Below are positions 40,748 to 64,000 of a stretch of 64,000 bases of DNA, one piece after another. Every line of letters begins with the position of its first letter. The stretch's first letter is position 1. The notes under the pieces were generated by a model, which saw only the letters and a list, made by a program, of their open reading frames with translations, did not search any database and was not told the DNA's origin. Source of the stretch: Camelus ferus (taxonomy: Eukaryota); NCBI RefSeq assembly GCF_009834535.1, contig NC_045696.1:89034001-89098000 (forward strand). Reading direction: 5' to 3'. The translations under genes were made by a program, and so were the position numbers.

Positions 40748-41239
40748 AGTCTCAGGACTCTAGATTACAGGCGACAGAAAACCCAATTTAAATTGTCTTG
40801 AGAAAAGAAAAGAATTAGCTTCCATAACCAAAGAGTTAGTTGAGTATAACTGGACTCAGTGTTTAAACAAAGACACCAAGATTTGGTTTCTTTCTTTGCT
40901 CTGCTTTGCATTTCCTTCTCTTGGCATTATTCTCAGGTTCCACATAGTGGCCCTGGCACCACCAGTCTCTCCCCTTGCTGTGGTAAGATAGCTACAGTAA
41001 CTCCAGCCTCAAATCTTCTAAAATTAAAGACCTCAGGGTGACTCTTTCTTTCCCATCTTCTGGTTGAATAAAAGTTTCTGTTGGAATGCTATAATTGTTT
41101 TAAGTCTGGGTCTCATGCTGGCTCCATTCAAGCCATTTGGGCTAAAAGTGAGGAAGTGGGTGTTCCAAGGAGAAATTCTTTGTAGCTAGGGAAAGAGTGA
41201 ATACATGCAGAATGATAAAAACACCAATTTTCACTACAA
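40748..41239. mobile_element. Degraded MaLR (MLT1-like) LTR
   Basis: GACAGAAAACCCAATTTAAA near the start and CACTACA at the end, as in old MLT1 LTRs. Confidence 0.45.
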
Positions 41240-41899
41240 ATAGCTAACAGTTACTAAGTAATTACTATGTTTCAGGCATTCTACTGGACATTTGTAAGAT
41301 GTCTTTTTTAGATCTCATGTGTACTTTATCTCATTTAATTATCATAACTAACCTGTGAAGTAGGCATTATTAACTCCATTTTATATACAGAAGAAAACAA
41401 AGTACAGTACTTGAAAGATCACAAGGTGAGAGTTTCAATAAGATGGGTCAAATGCAGTAGAAACTGGAAAGAGAATGACAATGGTGATCTTATAAAAAAG
41501 TAACATTTATTAGGGTGTTTTTAAGTGCAGAAATGCGTAAAGAAGAAAGCAAAATTGGGCCATAATGCTATCACTCAGGTAATCTCATTTTAAAAATATA
41601 GAGATAAAGAAAATATTATGAACATGGTAAAAACTTCAATCAGAAACAAATAAAATGAGAGTTAAAATCTTCCTTTTCATCCTAGTGTCTCTACCCTCAC
41701 AAAGATCTTCATTAAGTGTCTTGCATATCTTCCAAGAAAAATGTTTTAGTATTCACTAGCTTAAATGTATATCCTCCCCCCACTTTTTCTTACAAAGGGG
41801 ATTGAGTTATATAATACTGCTGTACACTTTACTTTGGTCATTTAATGGATTATAAGCATCTTTCTGTATCAGTACATATAGATTCACCTCATTTTTTTT

Positions 41900-42008
41900 T
41901 AAGATAAGGATTTTATTTTTAAACAATTTTTTTTAAATGGTGGTATTGGGAATTGAACCCAGGACTTCACACGCTAAGTGTGTGCTTACCACTGAGCTAT
42001 ACAGCCCC
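41900..42008 (-). mobile_element. tRNA-derived SINE (Vic-1-like)
   Basis: Same head in reverse; TSD-like CACCTCATTTTT/CACCGCATTTTT flanks. Confidence 0.8.
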
Positions 42009-42879
42009 CACCGCATTTTTTTAATAGTTGCACTGCACTCTAGTTTATCAGTTGAGTATGATTTTTCTATGCTAGTTGATAAAATAGAAGAATGAATTAA
42101 AGATGACTACTTATTTTTAAATTTGTGAATCTTGTGGTTTATTGGCTGGAATTTATTAGGCCAGCCTGCAAAAAGATTATAAATATAAGCCAATAAGAAT
42201 AATATTAAAGTATAATTGGCAAGATCTGGAAATGTAAATAACACTGCATGAACACACACTTTAGAAAATGCATACAGAAATTGCAGTGTGGTGGGGGTTG
42301 GAGGTCTTTAGTAATTGAACTGTACTGCCATTTGCACACCTGTTTCCTTTGCTTGCTATGTTTTTTAATCTGTCCCTGGAAATGGTGAGCCTGCCTCTGC
42401 CTTCTGCCATATAAGAGATCTCATCGAGTTTTCAAGTGGTTCTATGATGGGACCAATCTGAGTAAAAGATCTGCCCCTGTCTCTCTCCTTTCTTTACTGG
42501 GAAAGAGACACAGGAGTCTGATTAGAGCTACTTAGGGGACTGTTGATAAAAATTGTACTTTTAAAAATAGAGCCTTTTGTAGTCATCAGCAAACCGTTCA
42601 TTTCACCTGTTAATATCAACACCCCAGGGCTAGCCAATATGCAAATGACCCAAACAGAACTTGGTATAAATGCACTTATGATCTAGCTCTTGAATTTCTT
42701 GTCTCTCCTTCACATTCTTGTTCACCACTGAGGCTTTCTGCTGCCTCTTATCTATACACATTCTTGTTGACAAGTCAAACCTTCCCTCTTTTCCTCCCAG
42801 GATTTTTCACATTTTGTTAGTGCTTTTTTCCTTTTAGTTTTGTTTCTTAAATCTAATTTTTGTCTTTTTTTGTAAACCA

Positions 42880-43150
42880 TCTTAACCACGTTTGGGTGTA
42901 TAGTTCAGTATAGTTCAACGGTATTGAGTAAATTCATATTGTTGTGCTACTATCACCTCTGAACTCTTTTCACCCTGCGGAACTGAAACTCTGTACCCAT
43001 TAAACAATAACTCCCCAATCCTCCTTCCCCCAATCTCAGGCAACCAGCATTCTACTTTTTGTGTCTATGAATTTGACTAGATACTTGATATAAGGGGAAT
43101 CATACAGTATCTGTCCCTTTGTGACTAGTTTATTTCATTTAACATAACGT
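42880..43150 (-). mobile_element. L1 3'UTR fragment in antisense
   Basis: AACTGAAACTCTGTACCCATTAAACAATAACTCCCC motif typical of L1MA/MB 3' ends. Confidence 0.75.
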
Positions 43151-44227
43151 TAAGTCTAATTCTTAATTCTTAATCCTATTTTCTTGGTTCTAATTCTGTT
43201 TCACATTGTAAACATGTATCTGCAACATGAGAGTGAAATTATGATGAATATTTAAATTTCTAGTTTTTGATAGTATTCTATCAAGTTCTGAAATAAACAG
43301 GCTTGTATAGTTTGTATATGTATCTTAGTGTACATTTACATGTATATAACAAATTCCTATGACTAGGAATTCTTCCCAGGGTAGATTCTTTATATAACAC
43401 CTCCTTTGAGTCAGTAGCTTCTAAATCAGAATATGCACAGATGTGTCAGATTGGCAGAGCCTAGGTAATTTGCCTGTGTCCTAGCTCTAAGGAGGGCTAG
43501 AGAGGAAATAATTTGTTTTTTATTTATAAGGTAGGAAATTCCCCCAAAGTAGAAAAGGTAGTTAGAAGTGTTGGGGTGGGGGTAGGGGGAAAAGAATAAA
43601 TGACCATTAGCACCAGTTTTCCTGCCCTTTAGTAATGTATGCGGGTATCTGTTTCTCTGTATGCCAGGATTGGGTTCTGGGTATTTTGCATTTGGCCACT
43701 CTGACAACAAAAAAATGGTATCTAGCTGTTTTATGTTTCATTTCTTTAATTATAATTGAGGCTGTGCATTACTTCATGCTTTTGATTGCCCACTGACCAT
43801 CTGTATTTATGCTTGTGTGAATGGTCAATCTATGTGTTTAAAAATAGAACGACCCCTTTATCAGTGCCCTTGATCAAATGACTTCATAGGGGCCCATGCT
43901 GGCTTACATTAGCTTCTGTTTCTGTAGTATTGCCAATCTATTCCTTTTCACTGGTTCCTTCTCCTTTGCCACCAAACATATTGAGGTCTACCCTAGTTTA
44001 AAAGGCATTCATAATTACTATTCTACTTCTTGCTCTAACCTCTACACTGATAATACCTTTATATATAAACTTATATACCTTTATCTTCTTCACTTATGAG
44101 CTCTGCCTGATGACTACAGTTTTTCACCATTTATTCATTGGACAAATATTTACTGAACACCTACTGTATGCAAGGATGTTTCTAGTTGCAGGGGATATAG
44201 GAGCAAACAAAACAGACAGAAATTCTG

Positions 44228-45822
44228 AGGTCTCCAGTATGGTACTTGCCAGCACAATGTCCTCGTGGTGGAGCAAGCTCCCAAAGATGGCTGCTGCCAA
44301 TATCTGTGTACTCAGGGGGAGTTCCCGTTGCCTTCTGCCTCTCTGGGAGACTCTCCAAGATCAGAAGGATACCACAGTCTTCATTGTAACCTCATGGTGG
44401 TATCCCAGGATAGAACTGTGCAATCACAGTTTTCTGCTGAGGGCCACTTGGATGGTCAGGCCTTCCTGTGCTGTGACTGTGAGACAGGCAGGGCAGAGCC
44501 CTGGGGGCTATGGGCAGAAGTAGTCCTAGGAGCAGAGACATGGGACACACAGTCCAAGGACTTGACGAAGAATGGGAAGGGCCTCAGAAAATTTCAGGTA
44601 GAAATCACGGCCCTGCAGGAGGAGAAAGGAGGCTTGCATTCTCCCCAGAAGATTCAGGGCTGTGAGATCCAAGAAGACAACCATGCCAGGGGCTTCAGTT
44701 GTTTCTAATATTTTCCTCTCCTATCACCCAAAGACCTATGGATGGGAAATGCCCTGGTCTTTGACTTGGACCTGGACTATGGAAATAGAGAAGTCCCAGG
44801 ACATAGATGGCTTTAAAAGGAAGGATTACTGGGTCTGTGTGCAGGGAGAGCTTTGTGGAAGACTGCAGAAATATCTGGAATCCTAAATGGGCTTCACAGA
44901 GAGAATAGTGCCCCCAGCAGTGAACATGGCCAGCAGCATGGCCTTGGAGGGCATGGTCACCCTGACAGCTTCTCTCCTCAGAGTATCTCACTGGCCTGGA
45001 TTCAGGATGAGAAACTCCTAAGCAGGGTGTCCAGAAATCTGGGGGTGTCCTGCCTGTTGGGAATGGGACCTACAAGACCTGAGTGGCCTTAAGGGTTCCC
45101 CAAGGTTCATGTGCTATGTGGAACACAGTGAAAATCCGAGTGCACACCCTGTGCCCTCTGGAAAGACTCTGGTGCAACAGAGTTAATGGCTGATCATTTT
45201 GGATGTTCCTGCTGTGGTTTCTTGTCATAATCATTATGCTTTGTGTCCTTTGGTACAAGAAGAAAAAGACAACATGGGCTGTGGAGAGCCCAAAGCCTGT
45301 TGGCCTACAAGACCCTGGTCAACTCCAGACACTCCAACAGATCATAATGGCCTCACACAACTGGGTTTTTGGTCTCTGTTGTCAGACCCTGGGTCCATTG
45401 ATTCAACTGAGGGAGCATAAAATCTGCAGCCATGAGGTCTGAACTCAACTCTCTACTCTGGTCTTGAATAGTATTTTCCCTCATGATGCTTCAGTTTCCT
45501 CATCTATGAAATGGGAAAAATAATATTTGCTTCCACTTATAGTTGGGATGATTAAAATGGTAATATATATGAAGTGCTTGCAGCTGTACCACACTAGTTA
45601 TTAACATTATTTTTGTTATTTTATATTATAATATATTACATGGATGATAATTAGGATTAATAATCAATAAGCTTTATCTGTAAGTGTCCTTGTAGCCACT
45701 TCTGAGGAGTCTAATAGAGTTTTGGTTCTCTTCACCCCCATCACACTTATATATGCATGATTTCATGTCCACAGTATCTGCATAATTCCATATAATAAGT
45801 TTTAAATGCTCTTTAAAGAAAA
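44228..45822 (+). pseudogene. Processed pseudogene of an MHC class I chain-related (MICA/MICB-like) gene; coding remnant 44368-45420
   Basis: Contiguous alpha1 (YHSLHCNLMVVSQDRTVQSQFSAEGHLDGQAFL), alpha2 (GLHSPQKIQGCEIQEDN; GELCGRLQKYLES), alpha3 (VPPAVN; ISLAWIQDE; CYVEHS), TM and tail (TQLGFWSLLSDPGSIDSTEGA*) with no introns; stops at 44706 and 44884 plus frameshifts; A-tract ~45815-45826; TSD-like flanks. Confidence 0.92.
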
Positions 45823-46149
45823 AAAATGGATAAAAATCTGTACTCATGGAGCTTACATTTTAGAAAGGGGCAGTAGTAAGTAAAATACTATGACAGATGG
45901 CCTTGAATAGGATACACCGGCAAGGCTTTACTGAGAGGGTGACTTTTGCGCAAAAAGATGAAGGAAGGAAGAAAGGAGTAAGCCATACAGCTATCTGGGG
46001 TCACGGATTCCAGGCAGAGAGCATGGGTACAAAGGCTCTGAGGCAAGAGCATGATTAGTATGTAAGAAGGAAAAAAAGAGGCTAGTGTGGCTGAAGCAGT
46101 GAGTGAAAAAAAGAGAGGCAACAGGAGATGAGGTCAGAGGAATGATGGG

Positions 46150-46470
46150 CATATCAGGGCTCTCCAGAGAAAGAAGAGTTGATGTTGAAATCTTTAGTCT
46201 TAAGGCTGGAAACTGATGGCAAAATTTCTGTATTGTAGTCAGATGGCAGAAGTCCTTCTTTGGAAAATCTTGGTCTTTGCTCTTAAGACCTTCAACTGGT
46301 TGGACAAGGCCCACCCACATGATGCAGGGTAATTGCTTTATTTAAGTCAACTGATTGTAAATGTCAGTCACCTCTAAAAAATACATTTATAGCAACATTC
46401 AGACTCATGTTTGCCCAAATAACTGGGCGTCATCGTGTAGCCAAATTGACACAAAAAATTAACCATCACA
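46150..46470 (-). mobile_element. MLT2-like (ERVL) solo LTR
   Basis: Minus strand begins TGTGATGGTTAATTTTTTGTGTCAATTTGGCT and ends TTTCTCTGGAGAGCCCTGATA. Confidence 0.8.
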
Positions 46471-48349
46471 GTAAGAGTCCAGATCAATAAAAGCTTTGAA
46501 CACCACTGTAAGACCTTTGTTTTAACTCTGAGATAGGAAGCCATTGGAGAGTTTTGAGTGGATAAGCACCATGACCTATTTTAAAAGTCATTTTGGCTGC
46601 TGTGGTGAGCACAGATTGTGAGGGGTTAGAGGCCAATAAGGAGGCTATTGTAATTCAGGTTAACAGATGATGGCACCTTGGACTGGGTCATAGCATTGGT
46701 GTCGTGAAATTCAGATATTTTGAAGATAGAGCATACAGATTTTGTTTTTTACTAATTGTGTTTACGATGTGAGAGAAGAGTTGGTGATGATTCCAATGTT
46801 TTTGACCTGTGCAACTGGAAGAGTGGAATTGCCATTTACTGAGATGGTTAAGGCTGTGGGAGAAGGAAAGTTGGAGGAAAGATTAGGGGTTTGATTTGAA
46901 TCTTCAGTTTGAGATGTCAGACATTCAAATAGATTTGTCAAATAATCAGATATAAAAATTGGGTTCAGTGGAGAGGTCTGAACTGGAGATATGAAATTGG
47001 GGGTTGTCACTGGGTAGTCACTATATTTAAATTTATATTAAGCCATGAAACTGGGTGAGATGACCATGGCAGTGAGTATAGATACAGAAGAGGTACAAGG
47101 ACTGAGCTCACAGTTTAAGGTTGGGGAAATTAGGAGAAAAGGTTGGAGATGTTTATTCCCTCTATAACTCTACAATTCCTTTCCCTCCATAAACTGCCTA
47201 CTGAAATAAATCCTAACAGCCTCGTTAGCAGGATTGTAAAGGAAATCCCATAGAGTTACATGTACTCCTAGCAAGATTGCCCTTCTCTCTTACAAAACTG
47301 CATCAGCACTACAAACCACCTAAGAGAGCAGTTCTAGGAGGAAGGCTACAATTTAAGTTGATTATCTGCTTTCCTTTATCCAACCATTGGGACTATTACA
47401 TCATACCTTACATCCCTGTTTACCTCAGTCTCCACATTCAAGACTTTTCATTCCCTGCATTAGTTCATTATTAGACTTAGCTGTTGATGACAGTAACTTA
47501 AACATGATAAAACTTTATTCTCTATTACTTAAAAAGCTAAATAGATGGTACAGGACTGATAGGACTCTCCACAAGTTCCTTCTATCTTGTTGTCATGTTA
47601 TATACGGTCTTGATGGCATGGTGGGGAGAGTACTATTCTTATTTTCCAAGTTATGCTGATTTATATAACTTTTATAAGAGATAATAAATTGGCTTTTGTA
47701 AGAGGTAACTCATTTACTTTTCACAATTCCACTGTGGGTAACCATTACTGGTGGGCAGTGTTATCTACCCACCCTTCAAGTATAAATCCCAGATTGGGCT
47801 ACTAGGTTGATGATGATGTAATATCCCCATGTAGGTTTAAGAATTGTTAATGCCCTGCATGGCCACACCTAGTTTTGAGGGCAATTGGGGAACATAATCT
47901 TTATTCTAAGTGGCCAGGTATGCAGCAAAAATTCAGATTCTTCTACTGGAGAAATAGGGATGAATGAGTATTTGAGGACAGCTGGCTGTTCTTACCATTT
48001 CCCACCATCTGTCCCAAACTCTTAGCTCTTCCCCATCTAAATCCTACAACTCTGCCTTTTGGAGCTCATAGTTTGTCATTGCCCAGATCTGTGTTCTCAC
48101 CCTTTACTGTGAATGATCTCTTTAACTTCACAGTCTAACTTAAATCTGGTTTCTTCTAAGGAAACAGCTCGCCCCATGGCCTTCTCAAGTGGACCAGGCT
48201 ATTTTGCATTCCAGACACCAATGTGTGGGCTTGCTTCTCATTAGTGTTTCTGGACAACTGATTGTCTTTTCCTTTCCTCTCTAAAATCCTCTAGTCCGTT
48301 TGAGACGTGTCCTCCGAGATCAAACCTTTTTGCAGTTAGTCAGCCACAG

Positions 48350-49400
48350 ATCTGATATTTTTCCTCATTCAGTGAATGGTATTTTAGCACCTGGGTAACT
48401 GTGTCTATCTCCACCACTATTCTTATCATTATTCTCAGTGATTTAACATCCTTGACTCAATCAATTCCATTCCCTGGCCTCTCAGTTCCTTGACCTCAGC
48501 CACTCATTTTCATAGTCTTATATATCTATATTTGCTCCCAAAATTTGTTTTAAACATCTCATTGTCTGTATATCCCTACCTGTTTTTCCCTGGTTACTTC
48601 CTCTAGAATTTAAGTGCTGACAGTTCAGTTCAGTAGGACTTCTAGGCTGTTGAAGCTACCACCTTTTCAAGTTCTGCTGGGTAGTCTCATCTTACCCCAT
48701 GGCTTCGAATATGATCTTTGGGCTGACAGCCCTCAAATTGATATCTCAATGGTATCTCCAGGTCTGACCTCTCCCTTGACTCCAGATTTGTATATCCAAT
48801 TTCTCCTTGAATTCTCTGTTTGGATGTCTAGTAGGCATCTTAAACTTAGCATGCCCCAAGCAGAATTTTTAAATCATCTCTTCCAACTTGTTCCTCCCTT
48901 AGTCTTCATTTCAGTAAATGGCAACTCTGTTCTACCTGTTGAAACTTTAGAGTCATTTTTGACTCCTCTTTCTCTTAACCCCAATTTATCAACAAATCCT
49001 GTGGGATCTTCTTTCAAGATATGAATATATTCTGAATAGAATATGACCACTTTATATCATTTTACCACTGCTACCTTCCTCATCCACCCACTTTCACTCC
49101 TCTTCTGGATTACTGAACCTAGCTGGCCTCCCTGCTTCCAGTCTTGCTCATTCTTGCTCTTTTTTTTTCTTTCACCCATACTGACACTTTAAAATGTGAG
49201 TCAGATCATATCACTCCTTTGCTCATAACTCTTCACTGGCTTCTCTGTTCATTCAAGAGGAAAACTGGTATCATTCAAAAGAAAGAAATGATTCTTTTAT
49301 TGTGGTTTTCCAAACCTCTACGGGATTTTGTGTCACTTTTCTTCCCCAATTTCTTGCTACTCCCTCCACTTACCTTGTATTAACCATACTGGCCTTCATG
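48350..49400 (+). mobile_element. L2 LINE fragments
   Basis: L2-like motifs (TGGATGTCTAGTAGGCATCTTAAACTTAGCATG; TCAGATCATATCACTCC). Confidence 0.65.
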
Positions 49401-51742
49401 ATCTGACTTAGCCTTAGAAGCATTACTGGCTGCTATATTTAGAAGAATTTGAAGGGGTATGTGTAAGAGCAGAAAGATCGGTTCTGGGGTCACTGTAATA
49501 ATTGAGACAGAGAATGATGGTGGCTTAGAACTATGATGCGGGTGCTGAGGAGTGGCCAGATTTGGAATATATTTTGGTAGCTTGGTAATCAGGATTTCCT
49601 GGGCACATTTTTTCCTCTTAAGCCTCATAAATGTTGACCTACACTGGACCAAAGATAGTTCAAAGATAATTTATAAATGATTTTTAGTAGCAAAGGCATA
49701 GTTCCTCCTGTCTGCTCTCTAATTATCCACCCCCCCCAACCCCATTTACCACTGGCTAGTCAGATCCTTGATGACCAATGCCTTTGGGCAGATAAAAATG
49801 CCTCAATGTAGTGCTCAGGCAGCTCTGCAATTCCCCTAAATGGCTGTGCTCTAATACTACTTTCCCCTTGTTCCTTTATTCAGTCTCATATCAGAATGCA
49901 CATATCATTCATGCAGATGATCTCAGCTAAATAGGGTGTATGGGGAAGATCTTTCTGAGCAAGGGAGAATCATTCCAGTGCTAGGATGCCACTCTCTTTC
50001 TCTGATCCTTTACACCATGTTTCTGAATAGTTGATTCCTTTCTCATAAAAACCATACTGCCTTTACTTATTTATATAGTATTAAGATTTCTTTTGGTAAG
50101 GAATTATTCCTAATTATGGATTTCTGCAGTTTGAAGTGTTGTTGGTTGGAACAGAGAAAGCTTTATTGCAATGCTAAGCAAGGAGAACAGGTGTGTGGCT
50201 CGTGCTCAAATATCTCGAATTCCAGATGTGTTTTGAAATAGGCTACATTATGACTTTGCCAAAGATCTTCAAAGTTTCTGGTTGTAATTTTATATATATT
50301 TTCTTGTCTATTGTGTTGTTTCTCATTTTCAGAATGAACAATTTATCTGTCTATTCTTTTGAAATCCTTATAAGCTGAATTGCTACTTGAATTATTGTGA
50401 AAAAGTAGCATTTTGTAAATATTTTTACCTTTCCCCTCCTCTAATTGAAGGAGGTCTGATGGAAGGGAGAACAAGTTATGAAAAAGGTGCTGAAATTCCT
50501 AGGAATTAAAAGTGAGCCTTGGAAATAGCCTGGGAGAGATTATCTTCTTGCTCTGCCTGCTATACACTGATTCATACTTTTGAATTTGAACATAAATCTC
50601 CTTAAGTCATCTGGAGAAGAGAGAAGGTTTTTGACCCTAATCGCATATTAACTAGACAGAAACTTTTTTCCTGTAGTCTTAACAATTTCCCCCCAGTCTC
50701 ACAAATTTAGGAGTAGAATAAGTGAAAAAGGTGTTTTGAAATACAGCTGTGTTTAGCACCTTGCTAATCTAAAAGTCTTCCTAGATTCGGAGGAATGAGA
50801 AATTATCGAAGGTAGGCCCACTGAGTTCTTATCTACACTCAGTACCTCCTTTGATGTAGTTAACAGTAATTTTCTACCTGGTGAAAAGCATTTTTTTCCT
50901 TTAACCACACTTTCATTTAATTTTTTTTTTCTTTTTAGTTAGTGATGTTTCTCAGAAAGAATCCAAAACTGTAAATTGGATTGCGATAATTTAGCATTTC
51001 CTTAATTTGTGTATTTTGATAGCATGGTTATTGCGGGAGTGTTACTCTTCTTCCCAGTTTTTATTTGGCAATTACATTGTGATTTTTATATAACTTTTAT
51101 AATGGATTTATTACCTCTTTCTTAAATAACGCACTTATTTTTCACATTGCCACTGTGGAAACCATAATTGTTGGGCAGTGTATCTACCCCAAACAGAATG
51201 TAAATCTCAGATTGGATCACTAGATTGATGATGTCATAATATTGCTATGTGGGTTCTATAATTAAGGCCTGCAAAAATGTATCGTAGCCCTTCATCAGAC
51301 CTTCAGAATTATTTTAATGTATATCCATTCAACAGCACCAACACTGATCTGCCATTGAAGGGTACCTATTTTAAAGAATCTTCTGATTTGTCCTCAGGAT
51401 GGCCTTTGAAATTACTTACCTGACCAGATTCAGTGGTGTTCTGCACTTGCAGGAATATTTTAGGCAGGTTGTGAGGACCTCTGGAATCCAACTCAAGGTC
51501 TCCAATCATCTGTTGGCAGAATTAGCACACTCTGAGTAGTTTTCTTCCTCTTTGCATATGCTTGCTGTTAGGAAGATTGAAGGTGCTTCAGTGTCTTTGC
51601 GGTGCTAAGATGTTTTGTTTGCTTTTATTTTTTTTGTGTTCATGTTTTGTTTTTAATGCAGATTCTATATTTCCCTCCCAACTTTTATTTTACAGTGAAT
51701 ACAATCAAGTGGCATCTAAAAATTTTGCTGAAAAGTGGAGAC

Positions 51743-63823
<12,081 letters not shown>

Positions 63824-64000
63824 TAACATTTTCCTGTAAAAACAGTCTAATAGTTCCTTAGACTAATTTTGGTCAGGCTCAAAACCTGAAATCTCTTGTT
63901 TCTATTTACACTTTTTCCATGTTTTCTGATGGGCCATGTGTTATTTGAGTCAAGAAATATAAGAAACACTCAAAAGTTTTTTCTTTGTTGGTGACTCTGT

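Larger units (their letters stand above)
44129..47140 (-). mobile_element. L2 element interrupted by the MIC retrocopy (44228-45822) and an MLT2 LTR (46150-46470)
   Basis: L2 tail ATTTATTCATTGGACAAATATTTACTGAACACCTAC at 44129 resumes as CTCATGGAGCTTACATT at 45844. Confidence 0.8.

Noticed and set aside
44110..44523. 137-aa ORF overlapping the retrocopy 5' end
   Set aside because: Chance read-through of L2, the L1-like segment and out-of-frame MIC sequence
44368..45420. Functional MIC gene
   Set aside because: No signal peptide, stops at 44706 and 44884, several frameshifts
48614..49024. 136-aa ORF
   Set aside because: Lies within a degraded L2 fragment; no splice or homology support for a host gene

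Overview
Mammalian genomic DNA, probably camelid (four Vic-1-like tRNA-derived SINEs), covering the head-to-head SMC4/IFT80 locus. SMC4 is complete on the minus strand: non-coding exon 1 plus 23 coding exons, CDS 35947->2733, 3867 nt, 1288 aa. Its intron 5 hosts the miR-15b/miR-16-2 cluster. A CpG-island bidirectional promoter lies at ~35.6-37.7 kb. IFT80 runs on the plus strand with exons 1-5 in the window; its intron 2 is a U12-type AT-AC intron. The most unexpected feature is a ~1.6 kb intronless, disabled MHC class I chain-related (MIC) retrocopy in IFT80 intron 1 (44228-45822). It splits an L2 element and has a poly(A) remnant and a decayed target-site duplication. Its leader exon appears to be replaced by an antisense L1 5'UTR-like exon joined to MIC exon 2. 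The rest is intronic sequence with L1, L2, MIR, MER20, MER2/Tigger and MLT/ERV LTR remnants. Repeat family names come from recalled consensus sequences, not from a database search.
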